Below are positions 21,576 to 36,544 of a stretch of DNA of 64,000 bases, piece by piece. The translations under genes and the position numbers were made by a program. The notes below the pieces were generated by a model, which saw only the letters and a program-made list of their open reading frames with translations, was not told the origin of the DNA and ran no database searches. The DNA is taken from contig JASTWF010000033.1 of the NCBI GenBank assembly GCA_030390025.1, forward strand, positions 2,048,001 to 2,112,000, written 5' to 3'. The DNA comes from Squalus acanthias (taxonomy: Eukaryota). The stretch's first letter is position 1. The number at the start of each line of letters is the position of its first letter.

Positions 21576-24470
21576 AAGTTTTTTTTTGCACTTTCTCCAG
21601 TTCTTCTATGTCTTTTTTATATTATGGAGACCATAACTACGCTCAGTTCTCTAAGTGTGACGTGACCCGGGTCCTATACATGTTTAATACAATTTACAAA
21701 GTATTTACAGCACAGAGACAGGTCATTCGACTCAAAATGTTCATGTTGGTGTCCATGCTCCACACGACCCTCCACCCACCCTCCTTCATCGAACCCAGTA
21801 AAAATATCATTCTATTCCTTTCCCCCTCTAAATGTGTCTGTGCTATTCGCATCAACTGCTCCTTGTGGTAGCGAGTTCCACATTCTGACCACTCATTTGG
21901 TAAAAAGGTTTCTCCTGAATTCCCTATTAGATTTATTAATGACTATCTTAAATCTATGGCCCCGAGTTCTAGTCTCTCCTGAAAGTGGAAACACCTTCTC
22001 TAATCTACCCTATGAAACCCTTTCATAATCTCAAAGAACTCTATCTGATCATCCCTCAGTCTTCACTTCCCTAAAGAAAAGAGCCCCAGCCTGATCAGTC
22101 TTTCCTGACAGGTATAACCTCTCAATTCTGGTATCATTCTAGTAAATACAGTTTGTACCTTCGCCAGTCCCTCTATGTCCTTTTTATAAGATGGAGAGCA
22201 TGTTCGCAGTACACCAAGTGTTGTCTGACCAAGGTTCCATACAAGTTTAACATAACTTCTATTCTTTACAATTCTATCCCTCTAGAAATGAACCCCAGTG
22301 CTTTCTTTGTTTTTATGGCCTTATCAACCTGCATTGCAACTTTTAGTGAATTATTTAACTGTATCCTTACATCGCTCTGTCCCTCAACCCCGTTTAGAAC
22401 TTATTCTCCAAGGAGTCTGTGACTTCCGTATTCTTCCTATTAAAATGCACTACCTCGCATTTCTCTATATTGAGGTTAATTTGCCAGTTACACACACATT
22501 CTGCAAGTTTATTAACGTCCTCCTGTATTTTGTCGCAGTCCTCCTCTATATTAAGTATAAACCCCCATTTGGGTGGCATCCACAATGTTTGAAATTGCAC
22601 TTCCGATTCCTGAGTCCTAATTGTTGAAGTAAATGGTGAACAAAAGTGTTGCCAGCACCGATCCTTGTGAAGCACCACTTCCCACCACTGGCCAACTTCA
22701 CTTCTTTTGAATTCTATTGCCTTAGAAATAAACCCCAATTCATTGTTAACATTTTAATTGCTTTGCTGTCCAGTGATATTGCTTTTAATTATTTGTTCAC
22801 CTTTATCCCGAGACCCCTTTTCTCTTCTGCCACGTTCAGTTTCTTATTTTCCAAGGTATCGGTGATTATAGAATCATGGAATGATACAGCACAGAAGGAT
22901 GCCATTCGGCCCACCGTACCTGTGCCGGCTCTTTGGTACAGCTGTCCAATTAATTCCACTCCTCTGCTCTTTCCACAGTATTTTATTTTATCTCAAGTAT
23001 TTTTTCCAAATCCCCCTTGAAAGTTACTATTGAATCTGCTTCCACCGCCCTTTCAGGCAACGCATTCCAGATGACAACAGCTCGCTGTGTAAAACAAAAG
23101 TTTCCTCATGTTGTCTCGGGTTCTTTTGCCAATCACATTAAATCTGTGTCATCTGGTTACCGACCCTACTTCCACTGGAAACAGTTGCTCCTTAATTACT
23201 CTATTAAATCTATGTAGTCTTTAGAACACCTCTATCAAATCTCCTCTTAACCTTCTCTGCTCTAATCAGAACAACCCCAGCTTCTCCAGTCTCTCCACAT
23301 AACTGAAGTCCCTTGTCTCTGGTACCATTCTAGTAAATCTCTTCTGCACACGCTCCAAGGCCTTGACATTTTCCTAAAGTGTGGTGTCCAGAATTGGACA
23401 CAATGCTCCAGCTGAAGCCTAATCAGTGCTTTATAATGTTTTCGCATAACTTCATTGCTTTTGTACTCTACTGCTTATTAATAAAGCGAATGATCCCGTA
23501 TGCTTTATTAACATACTTCTCAAATTGTCCGGCCGCATTCAAAGATTAGTGTACATACATGCCTAGGTCCCTCTGTTCCTGCACTCCCTTTATAGTTACA
23601 TCATTGAGATTACATTGCCTCTTCTCATTTTTCACTTCACAATTCTCTGTGATCAATAGAATCTGCCCAGTGTCTGCCTAATTGAAGCAGAGTTCGGGTT
23701 ATGCTGTAAGCAAAGGGATTGGATTCCGAAAGAAACGCCATCAGAGAAGTGTAGGATCATGTCAGGGACGTCTCTGAAGCTCTCAATCCCTCCAGCCTGA
23801 GGAACAGTTTATAAGGGTAAAGACCCAGCCAAATCTTCTTGGCATTTAGTGTCTTGATTTCGGCTCCAATTATATTTTATTCTGCTAATGGAAAATATGC
23901 CAGTAAACTGAGTAAGGAGATAACTTTATATGCAGGAATGAGGGTCAGTTAGAAGGTGTTGCATGAATGACTTTTAAACCGAAGGTCAGCCAGGAGCTTA
24001 TTGAATGGTGAAGTAGGCTTGAAGGGCCGAATGGCCAACTCCTGCTCCTATTGCTTATGTTCTCTTGTTGACCAGTCAGTCTACGTCCTCCTGAAGTCTG
24101 TTACTATCCTCCTCATTGTGTGCTACATTTCCGAGTTTTGATGCCCTGTATACCCAACTCTAGGTCATTAAAATATATCAAAGAGAGCACTGGTCCTAAT
24201 AGCGACCCCTGGGGAACACCTCTGTATAATTCCCTCCAGACTGAAAAACAACCGGCCACCACTACACTCTGCTTTCTGACCCTTAGCCAATTTGGTATCC
24301 ATGCTGCGCTGTCCCATTAATCCCATGGACTACAATTTTATGAACAGTTATGTCATGTGGTACTTTGTCAAACGCCTTTTGAAAGTCCATATACACAACA
24401 TCAACTGCACTACCCTCATGATGTTATATTTTCCTACCAAAGTGCATCACCACGCGTTCATCTCTGTTAA
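21576..24470 (-). mobile_element. Cluster of nested degenerate CR1-type fragments, including a younger copy starting ~22868 and a plus-strand tail at ~23980-24065
   Basis: Repeated CR1 3' tails (GGCCATTCGGCCC), LEHCVQFWTPHFRK, KCEVVHF and GVPQGS remnants. Confidence 0.75.
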
Positions 24471-24812
24471 TGGTCACTTGTCACTTAACTGCGCAGTCTG
24501 TATGTTTTCTAATGTCCATTGTGAGATGTCATGTAGAGAAATGTCTTTTCAATATTTGAAGCAAAGCATCAGTGTATTGAATAAAAAACAATAATAATTA
24601 ATAAAGGCAGCCATCTAAAACTGTGTGTGGATTTGGAATTTTATCAGAAAATCTGAGGATTTATTGCAAAGTAAACTCTTGGCTTCTCACATTGCACCAC
24701 TGCTTTTCGAAGAAGTTGGTGATGATATTATTTATTTCAAATAAAAGAACTGCTCTCCTGTTTGCATCAGGCTCCCTTTGTGACTTCCGATATATGCATC
24801 GAACATCGTAAA

Positions 24813-27800
24813 CTCCTCCCCACCCCACCTAATATCCTCAGCTCCTCCCCACCCCACCTAATATCCTCAGCTCCTCCCCACCCCACCTAATATCCTCAGC
24901 TCCTCCCCACCCCACCTAATATCCTCAGCTCCTCCCCACCCCACCTAATATCCTCAGCTCCTCCCCACCCCACCTAATATCCTCAGCTCCTCCCCACCCA
25001 CCTAAAATCCTCAGCTCCTCCCCACCCCGCCTAATATCCTCAGCTCCTCCCCACCCCACCTAATATCATCAGCTCCTCCTCACCCCACCAGATATCCTCA
25101 GCTCCTCCCCACCCCACCTAATATCCTCAGCTCCTCCCCACCCCACCTAATATCCTCAGCTCCTACCCACCCCACCTAATATCCTCAGCTCCTCCCCACC
25201 CCACCTAATATCCTCAGCTCCTCCCCACCCCACCTAATATCCTCAGCTCCTCCCCACCCCACCTAATATCCTCAGCTTTCAACACCCCACCTAATATCCT
25301 CAGCTCCTCTCCACCCCATCTAATATCCTCAGCTCCTCCCCACCCCACCTAATATCCTCAGCTCCTCCCCACCCCATCTAATATCCTCAGACCCTCCCCA
25401 CACCACCTAATATCCTCAGCTCCTCCCCACTCCACCTAATATCCTCAGCTCCTGCCCACCCCATCTAATATCCTCAGCTCCTCCCCACCTCACCTAATAT
25501 CCTCAGCTCCTCCCCACCCCTCCTAATATCCTCAGCTCCTCCTGAACCCACCTCATATCCTCAGCTCCTCCCCATCTAATATCCTCAGTTCCTCCCCACC
25601 CCACCTAATATCCTCAGCTCCTCCCCACCACACCTAATATTCTCAGCTCCTCCCCACCCCACCTAAAATCCTCAGCTCCTCCCCACCTAATATTCTCAGC
25701 TCCTCCCCACCCCACCTAATATCCTGAGCTCCTCCTGAACCCACCTAATATCCTCAGCTCCTCCCCACCCCATCTAATATCCTCAGCTCCTCCCCACCCC
25801 ACCTAATATCCTCAGCTTCTCTCCACCCCACCTAATATCCTCAGCTCCTCCCCACCCCACCTAATATCCTCAGCTTCTCTCCACCCCACCTAATATCCTC
25901 AGCTTCTCTCCACCCCACCTAATATCCTCAGCTCCTCCCCACCCAACCTAATATCCTCAACTCCTCCCCACCCCACCTAATGACCTCAGCTCCTCCCCAC
26001 CCCACGTAATATCCTCAGCTCCTCCTGAACCCAACTAATAACCTCGGCTCCTCCCCACCCCACCCAATATCCTCAGCTCCTCCTGAAATCACCTAATATC
26101 CTCAGCTCCTCCACACCCCATCTAATATCCTCAGCTCCTCCCCACAGCACCGAATATCCTCAGCTCCTCCCCACCCCACCTAATATCCTCAGCTCCTCCC
26201 CACCCCACCTAATATCCTCAGCTCCTCCCCACCCCACGTAATATCCTCAGCTCCTCCTGAACCCACCTAATAACCTCGGCTCCTCCTCACCCCACCTAAT
26301 ATCCTCAGATCCTCCCCACCCCACCAGATATCCTCAGCTCCTCCCCACCCCACCTAATATCCTCAGTTCCCCCCCACCCCACCTAATATCCTCAGCTCCT
26401 CCCCACCCCACCTAATATCCCCAGCTCCTCTGCACCCCATCTAATATTCTCAGCTCCACCCCACCCCACCTAATATCCTCAGCTCCTCCTGAACCCACCT
26501 AATATCTTCAGCTCCTCCCCACCCCACTTAATATCCTCAGCTCCTCCCCACCCCAGCTAATATCCTCAGCTCCTCCCCACCCCACCTAATATCCTCAGCT
26601 CCTCCCCACCCCACCTAATATCCCCAGCTCCTCTCCACCCCATCTAATATTCTCAGCTCCACCCCACCCCACCTAATATCCTCAGCTCCTCCTGAACCCA
26701 CCTATTATCTTCAGCTCCTCCCCACCCCACCTAATATCCTCAGCTCCTCCCCACCCCACCTAATATCCTCAGCTCCTCCCCACCCCACCTAATATCCTCA
26801 GCTCCTCCCCACCCCACCTAATATCCGCAGCTCCTCTCCACCCCATCTAATATTCTCAGCTCCACCCCACCCCACCTAATATCCTCAGCTCCTGCCCACT
26901 CCACCTAATATCCTCAGCTCCTCCCCACCCCACCTAATATCCTCAGACCCTCCCCACACCACCTATTATCCTCAGCTCCTCCCCACCCCACCTAATATCC
27001 TCAGCTCCTCCCCACTCAACCTAATATCCTCAGCTCCTGTCCACCCCACCTAATATCCTCAGCTCCTCCCCACTCCACCTAATATCCTCAGCTCCTGCCC
27101 ACCTCACCTAATATCCTCAGCTCCTCCCCACCCCACCTAATATCCTCAGCTCCTCCTGAACCCGCCTCATATCCTCAGCTCCTCCCTATCTAATATCCTC
27201 AGTTCCTCCCCACCCCACCTAATATCCTCAGCTCCTCCCCATCCCACCTAATATTCTCAGCTCCTCCCCACCCCATCTAATATCCTCAGCTCCTCCTGAA
27301 CCCACCGAATATCCTCAGCTCCTCCCCACCCCACCTAATATCCTCAGCTCCTCCTGAACCCACCTAATATCCTCAGCTCCTCCCCACCCCACCTAATATC
27401 ATCAGCTCCTCCCCACCTAATATCCTCAGCTCTGCCTGAACCCACCTAATATCCTCAGGTCCTCCCCACCCCACCTAATATCCTCAGCTCCTCCCCACCC
27501 CACCTAATATCATCAGCTCCTCCCCACCTAATATCCTCAGCTCCTCCTGAACCCACCTAATATCCTCAGCTCCTCCACACCCCACCTAATATCCTCAGGT
27601 CCTCCCCACCCCATCTAATATACTCAGCTCCTCCCCACCCCACCTAATATCATCAGCTCCTCCCCACCTAATATCCTCAGCTCCTCCTGAACCCACCTAA
27701 TATCCTCAGCTCCTCCACACCCCACCTAATATCCTCAGGTCCTCCCCACCCCATCTAATATAAACAGCTTCTCTCCACCCCACCTAATATCCACAGCTCC

Positions 27801-30800
27801 TCCCCACCCCACCTAATGTCCTCAGCTCCTCCCCACCCCAACTAATATCCTCAGTTCCTCCCCACCCCACCTAATATCCTCAGCTCCTCCCCACCCCACC
27901 TCATATTCTCAGCTCCTCCCCAACCCATCGAATATCCTCAGCTCCTCCCCACCGCACCAAATATCCTCAGCTCCACCCCACCCCACCTAATATCCTCAGC
28001 TCCTCCCCACCCCACCTAATATCCTCAGCTCCTCCCAACCCCACCTAATATCTTCAGCTCCTCCCCACCCCACCTAATATCCTCAGCTCCTCCCCACCTC
28101 ACCTAATATCTTCAGCTCCTCCCCACCCCACCTAACATCCTCAGCTCCCCCCCACCCCAACTAATATCCTTAGCTCCTCCCAACCCCACCTAATATCCTC
28201 AGCTCCCCCCACCCCACCTAATATCCTCAGACCCTCCCCACACCACCTAATATCCTCAGCTCCTCCCCACCCCACCTAATATCCTCAGACCCTCCCCACA
28301 CCACCTAATATCCTCAGCTCCTCCCCACCCCACCTAATATCCTCAGCTCCTCCCCACTCCACCTAATATTCTCAGCTCCTGCCCACCCCATCTAATATTC
28401 TCAGCTCCTCCCCACCTCACCTAATATCCTATGCACCTCCCCACCCCACCTAATTTCCTCAGCTCCTCCTGAACCAACCTAATATCCTCAGCTCCTTCCA
28501 CAACCCACAATATCCTTAGTCCTCCCCACCCCACCTAATATCCTCAGTTCCCTTTCACCCCACCTATATCCTCAGCTCTCCCCACCCCACCTAACTCCCC
28601 AGCTCCTCGCTCCCCCACCTAATATCTCAGCTCTCCTCACCCCATCCTAATATCCCAGCTCCACCCCACCCCACCTAATTCCTCAGCTACCTGCCCCACT
28701 CCCACCTATATCCTCAGCTCTCCCCCACCCCACCTATATCCTCAGGCTCCCCTCAACCCACCTAATATCTCAGCTCTCCCCACCCCACCTAATACCTCAG
28801 CTCCTCCCCACCCCACCTAATATCCTCAGCTCCTGCCCACCCCACCTAATATCCTCAGCTCCTCCCCACCACACCTAATATCCTCAGCACCTCCCCACCC
28901 CACCTAATATCCTCAGCTCCTCCTGAACCCACCTAATATCCTCAGCTCCTCCCCATCTAATATCATCAGTTCCTCCCCACCCCACCTAATATCCTCAGCT
29001 CCTCCCCACCCCACCTAATATTCTCAGCTCCTCCCCACCCCACCTAATATCCTCAGCTCCTCCCCACGCCATCTAATATCCTGAGCTCCTCCTGAACCCA
29101 CCTAATATCCTCAGCTCCTCCCCACCCCATCTAATATCCTCAGCTCCTCCCCACCCCATCTAATATCCTCAGCTCCTCCCCACCTAATATCCTCAGCTTC
29201 TCTCCACCACACCTAATATCTTCTGCTCCTCCCCACCGCACCTAATATCCTCAACTCCTCCCCACCCCACCTAATATCCTCAGCTTCTCCCCACCCCACG
29301 TAATATCCTCAGCTCCTCCCCACCCCACCTAATATCCTCAGCTCCTCCTGAACCCACCTAATATCCTCAGCTCCTCCCCACCCCACCTAATATCATCAGC
29401 TCCACCCCACCTAATATCCTCAGCTCCTCCCGACCCCACCTAATATCCTCAGCTCCTACCCACCCCACCTAATATCCTCAGCTCCTCCCCAACCCACCTA
29501 ATATCCTCAGCTCCTCCCCACCCCACCTAATATCCTCAGCTCCTCCCCACCCACCTAATATCCTCAGCTCCCCCCACCCCACCTAATATCCTCAGCTCCT
29601 CCCCACCCCACCTAATATCCTCAGCTCCTCCCCACCCCACCTAATATCCTCAGCTCCTCCCCACCCCACCTAATATCCTCAGCTCTCCCACCCCACCTAA
29701 TATCATCAGCTCCTCCCCACCCCACCTAATATCCTCAGCTCCTCCTAACCCACCTAATATCCTCAGCTCCTCCCCACCCCACCTAATATCCTCAGCTCCT
29801 CCCCACCCCACCTAATATCCTCAGCTCCTCCCCACCCCACCTAATATCCTCAGCTCCTCCCCACCCCACCTAATATCCTCAGCACCTCCCCACCCCACCT
29901 AATATCCTCAGCTCCTCCCCACCCCACCTAATATCCTCAGCTCCTCCCCACCCCACCTAATATCCTCAGCTCCTCCCCACCCCACCTAATATCCCCAGCA
30001 TCCTCGCCACCCCATCTAATATTCTCAGCTCCACCCCACTCCACCTTTTATCCTCAGCTCCTCCCCACCCCACCTAATATCCTCAGCTCCTGCCCACTCC
30101 ACCTAATATCCTCAGCTCCTCCCCACCCCACCTAATATCCTCAGACCCGCCCCACACCACCTAATATCCTCAGCTCCTCCCCACCCCGCCTAATATCCTC
30201 AGCTCCTCCCCACTCCACCTAATATCCTCAGCTCCTGCCCACCCCATCAAATATCCTCAGCTCCTCCCCTCCTCACCTAATATCTTCTGCACCTCCCCAC
30301 CCCACCTAATATCCTCAGCTCCTCCTGAACCCACCTCATATCCTCAGCTCCTCCCCATCTAATATCCTCAGATCTTCCCCACCCCACATAATATTCTCAG
30401 CCCCTCCCCACCCCACCTAATATCCTCAGCTCCTCCCCACCCCATCTAATATCCTGAGCTCCACCTGAACCCACCTAATATCCTCAGCTCCTCCCCACCC
30501 ATCTAATATCCTCAGCTCCTCCCCACCACATCTAATATCCTCAGCTCCTCCCCACCTAATATCCTCAGCTTCTCTCCACCCCACCTAATATCCTCAGCTC
30601 CTCCCCACCGCACCTAATATCCTCAACTCCTCCCCACCCCACCTAATATCCTCAGCTTCTCCCCACCCCACGTAATATCCTCAGCTCCTCCCCACCCCAC
30701 CTAATATCCTCAGCTCCTCCTGAACCCACCTAATATCCTCAGATCCTCCCCACCCCACCTAATATCCTCAGCTCCTCTCCACCCCATCTAATATTCTCAG

Positions 30801-33800
30801 CTCCACCCCACCCCACCTAATATCCTCAGCTCCTGCCCACTCCACCTAATATCCTCAGCTCCTCCCCACCCCACCTAATATCCTCAGACCCTCCCCACAC
30901 CACCTAATATCCTCAGCTCCTCCCCACCTCACCTAATATCCTATGCACCTCCCCACCCCACCTAATATCCTCAGCTCCTCCTGAACCCACCTCATATCCT
31001 CAGCTCCTCCCCATCTAATATCCTCAGTTCCTCCCCACCCCACCTAAAATCCTCAGCTCCTCCCCACCCCACCTAATATTCTCAGCTCCTTCCCACCCCA
31101 CCTAATATCCTCAGCTCCTCCTGAACCCACCTAATATCCTCAGCTCCTCCCCACCCCACCTAATATCATCAGCTCCTCCCCACCTAATATCCTCAGCTGC
31201 TTCTGAACCCACCTAATATCCTCAGCCCCTCCACACCCCACCTAATATCCTCAGCTCCTCCACACCCCATCTAATATCCTCAGCTCCTCCCCACCCCACC
31301 TAATATCCTCAGCTCCTCCCCACCTAATATCCTCAGCTTCTCTCCACCCCACCTAATATCCACAGCTCCTCCCCACCCCACCTAATATCCTCAGCTCCTC
31401 CACACCCCATCTAATATCCTCAGCTCCTCCCCACCTAATATCCTCAGCTTCTCTCCACCCCACCTAATATCCTCAGCTCCTCCCCACCCCACCTAATATC
31501 CTCAACTCCTCCCCACCCCACCTAATATCCTCAGCTCCTCCCCACCCCACGTAATATCCTCAGCTAATCCCCACCCCACCTAATATCCTCAGCTCCTCCT
31601 GAACCCACCTAATATCCTCAGCTCCTCCCCACCACACCTAATATCCTCAGCTCCTCCCCACCTATTATCCTCAGCTCCTCCTGAACCCACCTAATATCCT
31701 CAGCTCCTCCACACCCCACCTAATATCCTCAGGTCCTCCCCACCCCATCTAATATCCTCAGCTCCTCCCCTCCCCACCTAATATCCTCAGCTCCTCCCCA
31801 CCCCACCTAATATCCTCAGCTCCTCCTGAACCCACCTAATATCTTCAGCTCCTCCCAACCCCACCTAATATCCTAAGCTCCCCCCCACCCCACCTAATAT
31901 CCTCAGCTCCTCCTAAACCCACCTAATATCTTCAGCTCCTCCCCACCCCACCTAATATCCTCAGCTCCTCCCCACCCCACCTAATATCCTCAGCTCCTCC
32001 ACACCCCACCTAATATCCTCAGCTCCTCCCCACCCCACCTAATATCCTCATCTCCTCCCCACCCCACCGATATCTTCAGCTCCTCCCCACCCCATCTAAT
32101 ATCCTCAGCTCCTCCCCACCCCACCTAATATCCTTAGCTCCCCCCCACCCCACCTAATATCCTCAGCTCCTCCCCACCCCACCTAATATCCCCAGCTCCT
32201 CTCCACTCCATCTAATATTCTCAGCTCCACCCCACCCCACCTAATATCCTGAGCTCCTGCCCACTCCACCTAATATCATCAGCTCCTCCCCACCCCACCT
32301 AATATCCTCAGACCATCATCACACCACCTAATATCCTCAGCTCCTCCCCACTCCACCTAATATCCTCAGCTCCTGCCCTCCCCATCTAATATCCTCAGCT
32401 CCTCCCCACCTCACCTAATATCCTATGCACCTCCCCACCCCACCTAATATCCTCAGCTCCTCCTGAACCCACCTCATATCCTCAGCTCCTCCACATCTAA
32501 TATCCTCAGTTCCTCCCCACCCCACCTAATATCCTCAGCTCCTCACCACCCCACCTAATATCCTCAGCTCCTCCCCACCCCATCAAATATCCTGAGCTCC
32601 TCCTCAACCCACCTAATATCCTCAGCTCCTCCCCACCCCATCTAATATCCTCAGCTCCTCCCCACCCCATCTAATATCCTCAGCTCCTCCCCACCTAATA
32701 TCCTCAGCTTCTCTCCACCCCACCTAATATCCTCAGCTACTCCCCACCGCACCTAATATCCTCAACTCCTCCCCACCCCACCTAATATCCTCAGCTCCTC
32801 CCCAACCCACGTAATATCCTCAGCTCCTCCCCACCCCACCTAATATCCTCAGCTCCTCCCCAACCAACCTAATATCCTCAGCTCCTCCACTCCCCACCTA
32901 ATATCCTCAGGTCCTCCCCACCCCATCTAATATCCTCAGCTCCTCCCCACCCCACCGAATATCCTCAGCTCCTCCCCACCTAATATCCTCAGCTTCTCTC
33001 CACCCCACCTATTATCCACAGCTCCTCCCCACCCCTCCTAATATCCTCAGCTCCTCCCCACCCCACCTAATATCCTCAGCTCCTCCCCACCCGACCTAAT
33101 ATCCTCAGCACCTCCCCACACCACCTAATATCCTCAGCTCCTCCCCACCCCTCCTAATATCCTCAGCTCCTCCCACACCACCTAATATGCTCAGCTCCTC
33201 CCCACCCCACCTAATATACTCAGCTCCTCCCCACCCCACCTAATATCCTCAGCTCCTCCCCGGCCCTCCTTATATCCTGAGCTCCTCCCCACCCCACCTA
33301 ATATCCTCAGCTCCTCCTGAACCCACCTAATATCCTCAGCTCCTCCCCACCCCACCTAATATCCTCAGCTCCTCCCCACCCCACCTAATCTCCTCAGCTG
33401 CTCCCCGCCCCTCCTAATATCCTCAGCCCCTCCCCACCTAATATCCTCAGCTCCTCCCCACCCCACCTAATATCCTCAGCTCCTCCCCACCCCATCTAAT
33501 ATCCTCAGCTCCTCCCCACCTAATATCTTCAGCTTCTCTCCACCTCAGCTAATATCCTCAGCTCCTCCCCACCCCACCTAATATCCTCAAGTCCTCCCCA
33601 CCCCACCTAATATCCTCAGCTCCTCCCCACCCCACGTAATATCCTCAGCTAATCCCCACCCTACCTAATATCCTCAGCTCCTCCTGAACCCACCTAATAT
33701 CCTCAGCTCCTCCCCACCCCATCTAATATCCTCAGCTCCTCCCCACCCCATCTAATATCCTCAGCTCCTCCTGAACCCACCTAATATCCTCAGCTCCTCC

Positions 33801-34980
33801 CCACCTAATATCCTCAGCTCCTCCTGAACCCACCTAATATCCTCAGCTCATCCCCACCCCACCTAATATCCTCAGCTCCTCCACACCCCACCTAATATCC
33901 TCAGCTCCTCCCCACCCCACCTAATATCCTCAGCTCTTCCACACCCCACCTAATATCCTCAGCTCCTCCCCACCCCACCTAATATCCTCAGCTCCTCCCC
34001 ACCCCACCTAATATCCTCAGCTCCTCCCCACCCCACCTAATATCCTCAGCTCCTCCCCACCCCACCTAATATCCTCAGCTCCTCCCCACCCCACCTAATA
34101 TCCTCAGCTCCTCCCCACCCCACCTAATATCCTCAGCTCCTCCCCACCCCACCTAATATCCTCAGCTCCTCCCCACCCCACCTAATATCCTCAGCTCCTC
34201 CCCACCCCACCTAATATCCTCAGCTCCTCCCCACCCCACCTAATATCCTCAGCTCCTCCCCACCCCACCTAATATCCTCAGCTCCTCCCCACCCCACCTA
34301 ATGTCCTCAGCTCCTCCTGAACCCACCTAATATCCTCAGCTCCTCCCCACCCCACCTAATATCCTCAGCTCCTCCCCACCCCACCAGATATCCTCAGCTC
34401 CTCCCCACCCCACCTAATATCCTCAGCTCCCCCCCACCCCACCTAATATCCTCAGCTCCTCCCCGCCCCACCTAATATCCCCAGCTCCTCTCCACCCCAT
34501 CTAATATTCTCAGCTCCACCCCACCCCACCTAATATCCTGAGCTCCTGCCCACTCCACCTAATATCCTCAGCTCCTCACCACCCCACCTAATATCCTCAG
34601 ACCCTCCCCATGCCACCTAATATCCTCAGCTCCTCCCCACCACACCTAATATCCTCAGCTCCTCCCCACTCCACCTAATATCCTCAGCTCCTCCCCACCC
34701 CACCTAATATCCTCAGCTCCTCCCCACCCCACCTAATATCCTCAGCTCCTCCCCGCCCCTCCTAATATCCTCAGCCCCTCCCCACCTAATATCCTCAGCT
34801 CCTCGCCACCCCACCTAAAATCCTCAGCTCCACCCCACCTCACCTACAATCCTCAGCTCCTCCCCACCCCACCAAATATCCTCAGCTCCTCCCCACCTCA
34901 CCTAATATCCTCAGCTCCTCCCCACCCCACCTACAATCCTCAGCTCCTCCCCAGCTAATAGTCTCAGCTCCTCCCCACCA
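24813..34980. repeat. 29-bp minisatellite array (CTCCTCCCCACCCCACCTAATATCCTCAG)n, ~10.2 kb
   Basis: Directly visible, with recurring variants (CTGAAC, 24-bp deletion units) and a nearly pure stretch at ~33960-34300. Confidence 0.99.
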
Positions 34981-35194
34981 ATGTTTCCTCGAATTTTTTT
35001 GCACTGAGCGGCCATGAACTCCTTTGAGCGACCTTTTCGGCCGTGGGCAAATTTTACAACAACAAATTTTAGAACAACTTTTAGTAAAGCAACTTTTACA
35101 ACAGCGACAGCAACAACAACAACAAGTTAAAATCATATATACAGTAATGAGGTATTCTCACCCCACCGTCTCAAATCATGAGACAATCAGACAA

Positions 35195-35470
35195 GATTCT
35201 GCAAGTTTAACATAACTTCCCTTCTTTTGAAATCTATTCCTCTAGAAATGAACCCGTGCTTTATTTCCACTTTTATGGCATTTTAACCGGCGTTGCTCCT
35301 TCTGATGATTCATGAATCTATACCCCGAGATCCCTTTGCACCTCTACCCCATTTAGACTCTTACGTTCCAAGGAGTAGCTGGGCTCCTTTTTCCTGCTAA
35401 CAAAATGCACCACCTCACACGTACCCATATTGAAATTCATTTGTCATTTACAGCCCATTCTGCATGTTTG
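35195..35470 (-). mobile_element. Old CR1-type fragment
   Basis: Similar to 10040-10300 and 22240-22510 (AAGTTTAACATAACTTC..TCTAGAAATGAACCC..AAAATGCACCACCTCACA). Confidence 0.6.
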
Positions 35471-36544
35471 ATTACGGTAGAATTAATTAAAAGCTTTTAG
35501 TTCGTCATGTACAAACTCTATTTAAATAAATCCTTGTCAGAAATGAATAGGATATAAAAGAACTGCAGAATAATAAATTAACACTTCAGAAACGTCACTC
35601 AGTTACACATCGACATATGATCCAAAAGCCCAAGGTGAGCTGAATGAGGCAGATCTATTCGTGCAATTTGTATTAATTTTAATGTTTTCAACGTATTAGC
35701 AAATCCCTCATGTCACTATAGCAATGGCAGCTCAAGCAGCAGGAGCAGCGGCTTTCCTATGACGCTGACGTGCTCTACATCCAGATATGTCATTAGAATA
35801 TTAATCACAATGCAACCAGGCAACCAACAAATATAAAGTGCTGTAGTTCTTTAGTTCACACCATTAAAAAGAATTGAACAAAAACGGGTATCCGTATTTC
35901 CAACTTCAACGACTTCCATTAATAACCGTGGTGTTATTGAACCAGTACACCCTCCATGTAACATGTCAGAAATGCAGCACTTATTCACAAGTGCAGAAAA
36001 ACACACACACAATGTGTGTCACTGAATTAAATCAAAAAGCAGGAAAAACTACGATTTAGCACAAATAAATATTCATAATTCTTCCTGGACAAGAGAACCA
36101 ATCAGACTGACTTGGAAATGTTTACTAATATGTTGATTTAAAGATGTTAATTTACAAATTTCGCTTCCAATATATTTTCTCTCAAACATTCTCCACAATA
36201 TTAATCCCTGCTCTTTTCACGAAAAGTGTTGAATTATTTTAGGTACTTCCCAATTAAACAGCAGGAAAAAATTTCATTTTGGTCTCAATTTTCAATCTCC
36301 TAATTCGAACATTTATACCAAATCGAAATTGTACATTATCAGTTTAATCAAAGTATTTTGTGTGTCTTTCTCAATAAACAAATAATGGTTTCTTCTAAAG
36401 TAGCTTCCTTCATTTTTCATACATCAGTACAGAGTTCTTGTTTCTATTAACGCTCCACTAAACATTTAAGAAGAAATCTATAGTTACGTTATTCCTGGGA
36501 CTTGTTCAGACTAGAACGACAGACAAAATAAAATCGGTCACAAT

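Noticed and set aside
24813..34980. CRISPR-like regular repeats (also 41660-54285)
   Set aside because: Head-to-tail units with no unique spacers, no cas genes, and a vertebrate context.
35024..35215. Gln-rich ORF and antisense Cys-rich ORF
   Set aside because: Derived from a degenerate (CAA)n microsatellite; no splice or homology support.
35470..36540. AT-rich unique sequence as possible host exons
   Set aside because: No convincing ORF, splice pair or recognisable motif by eye.
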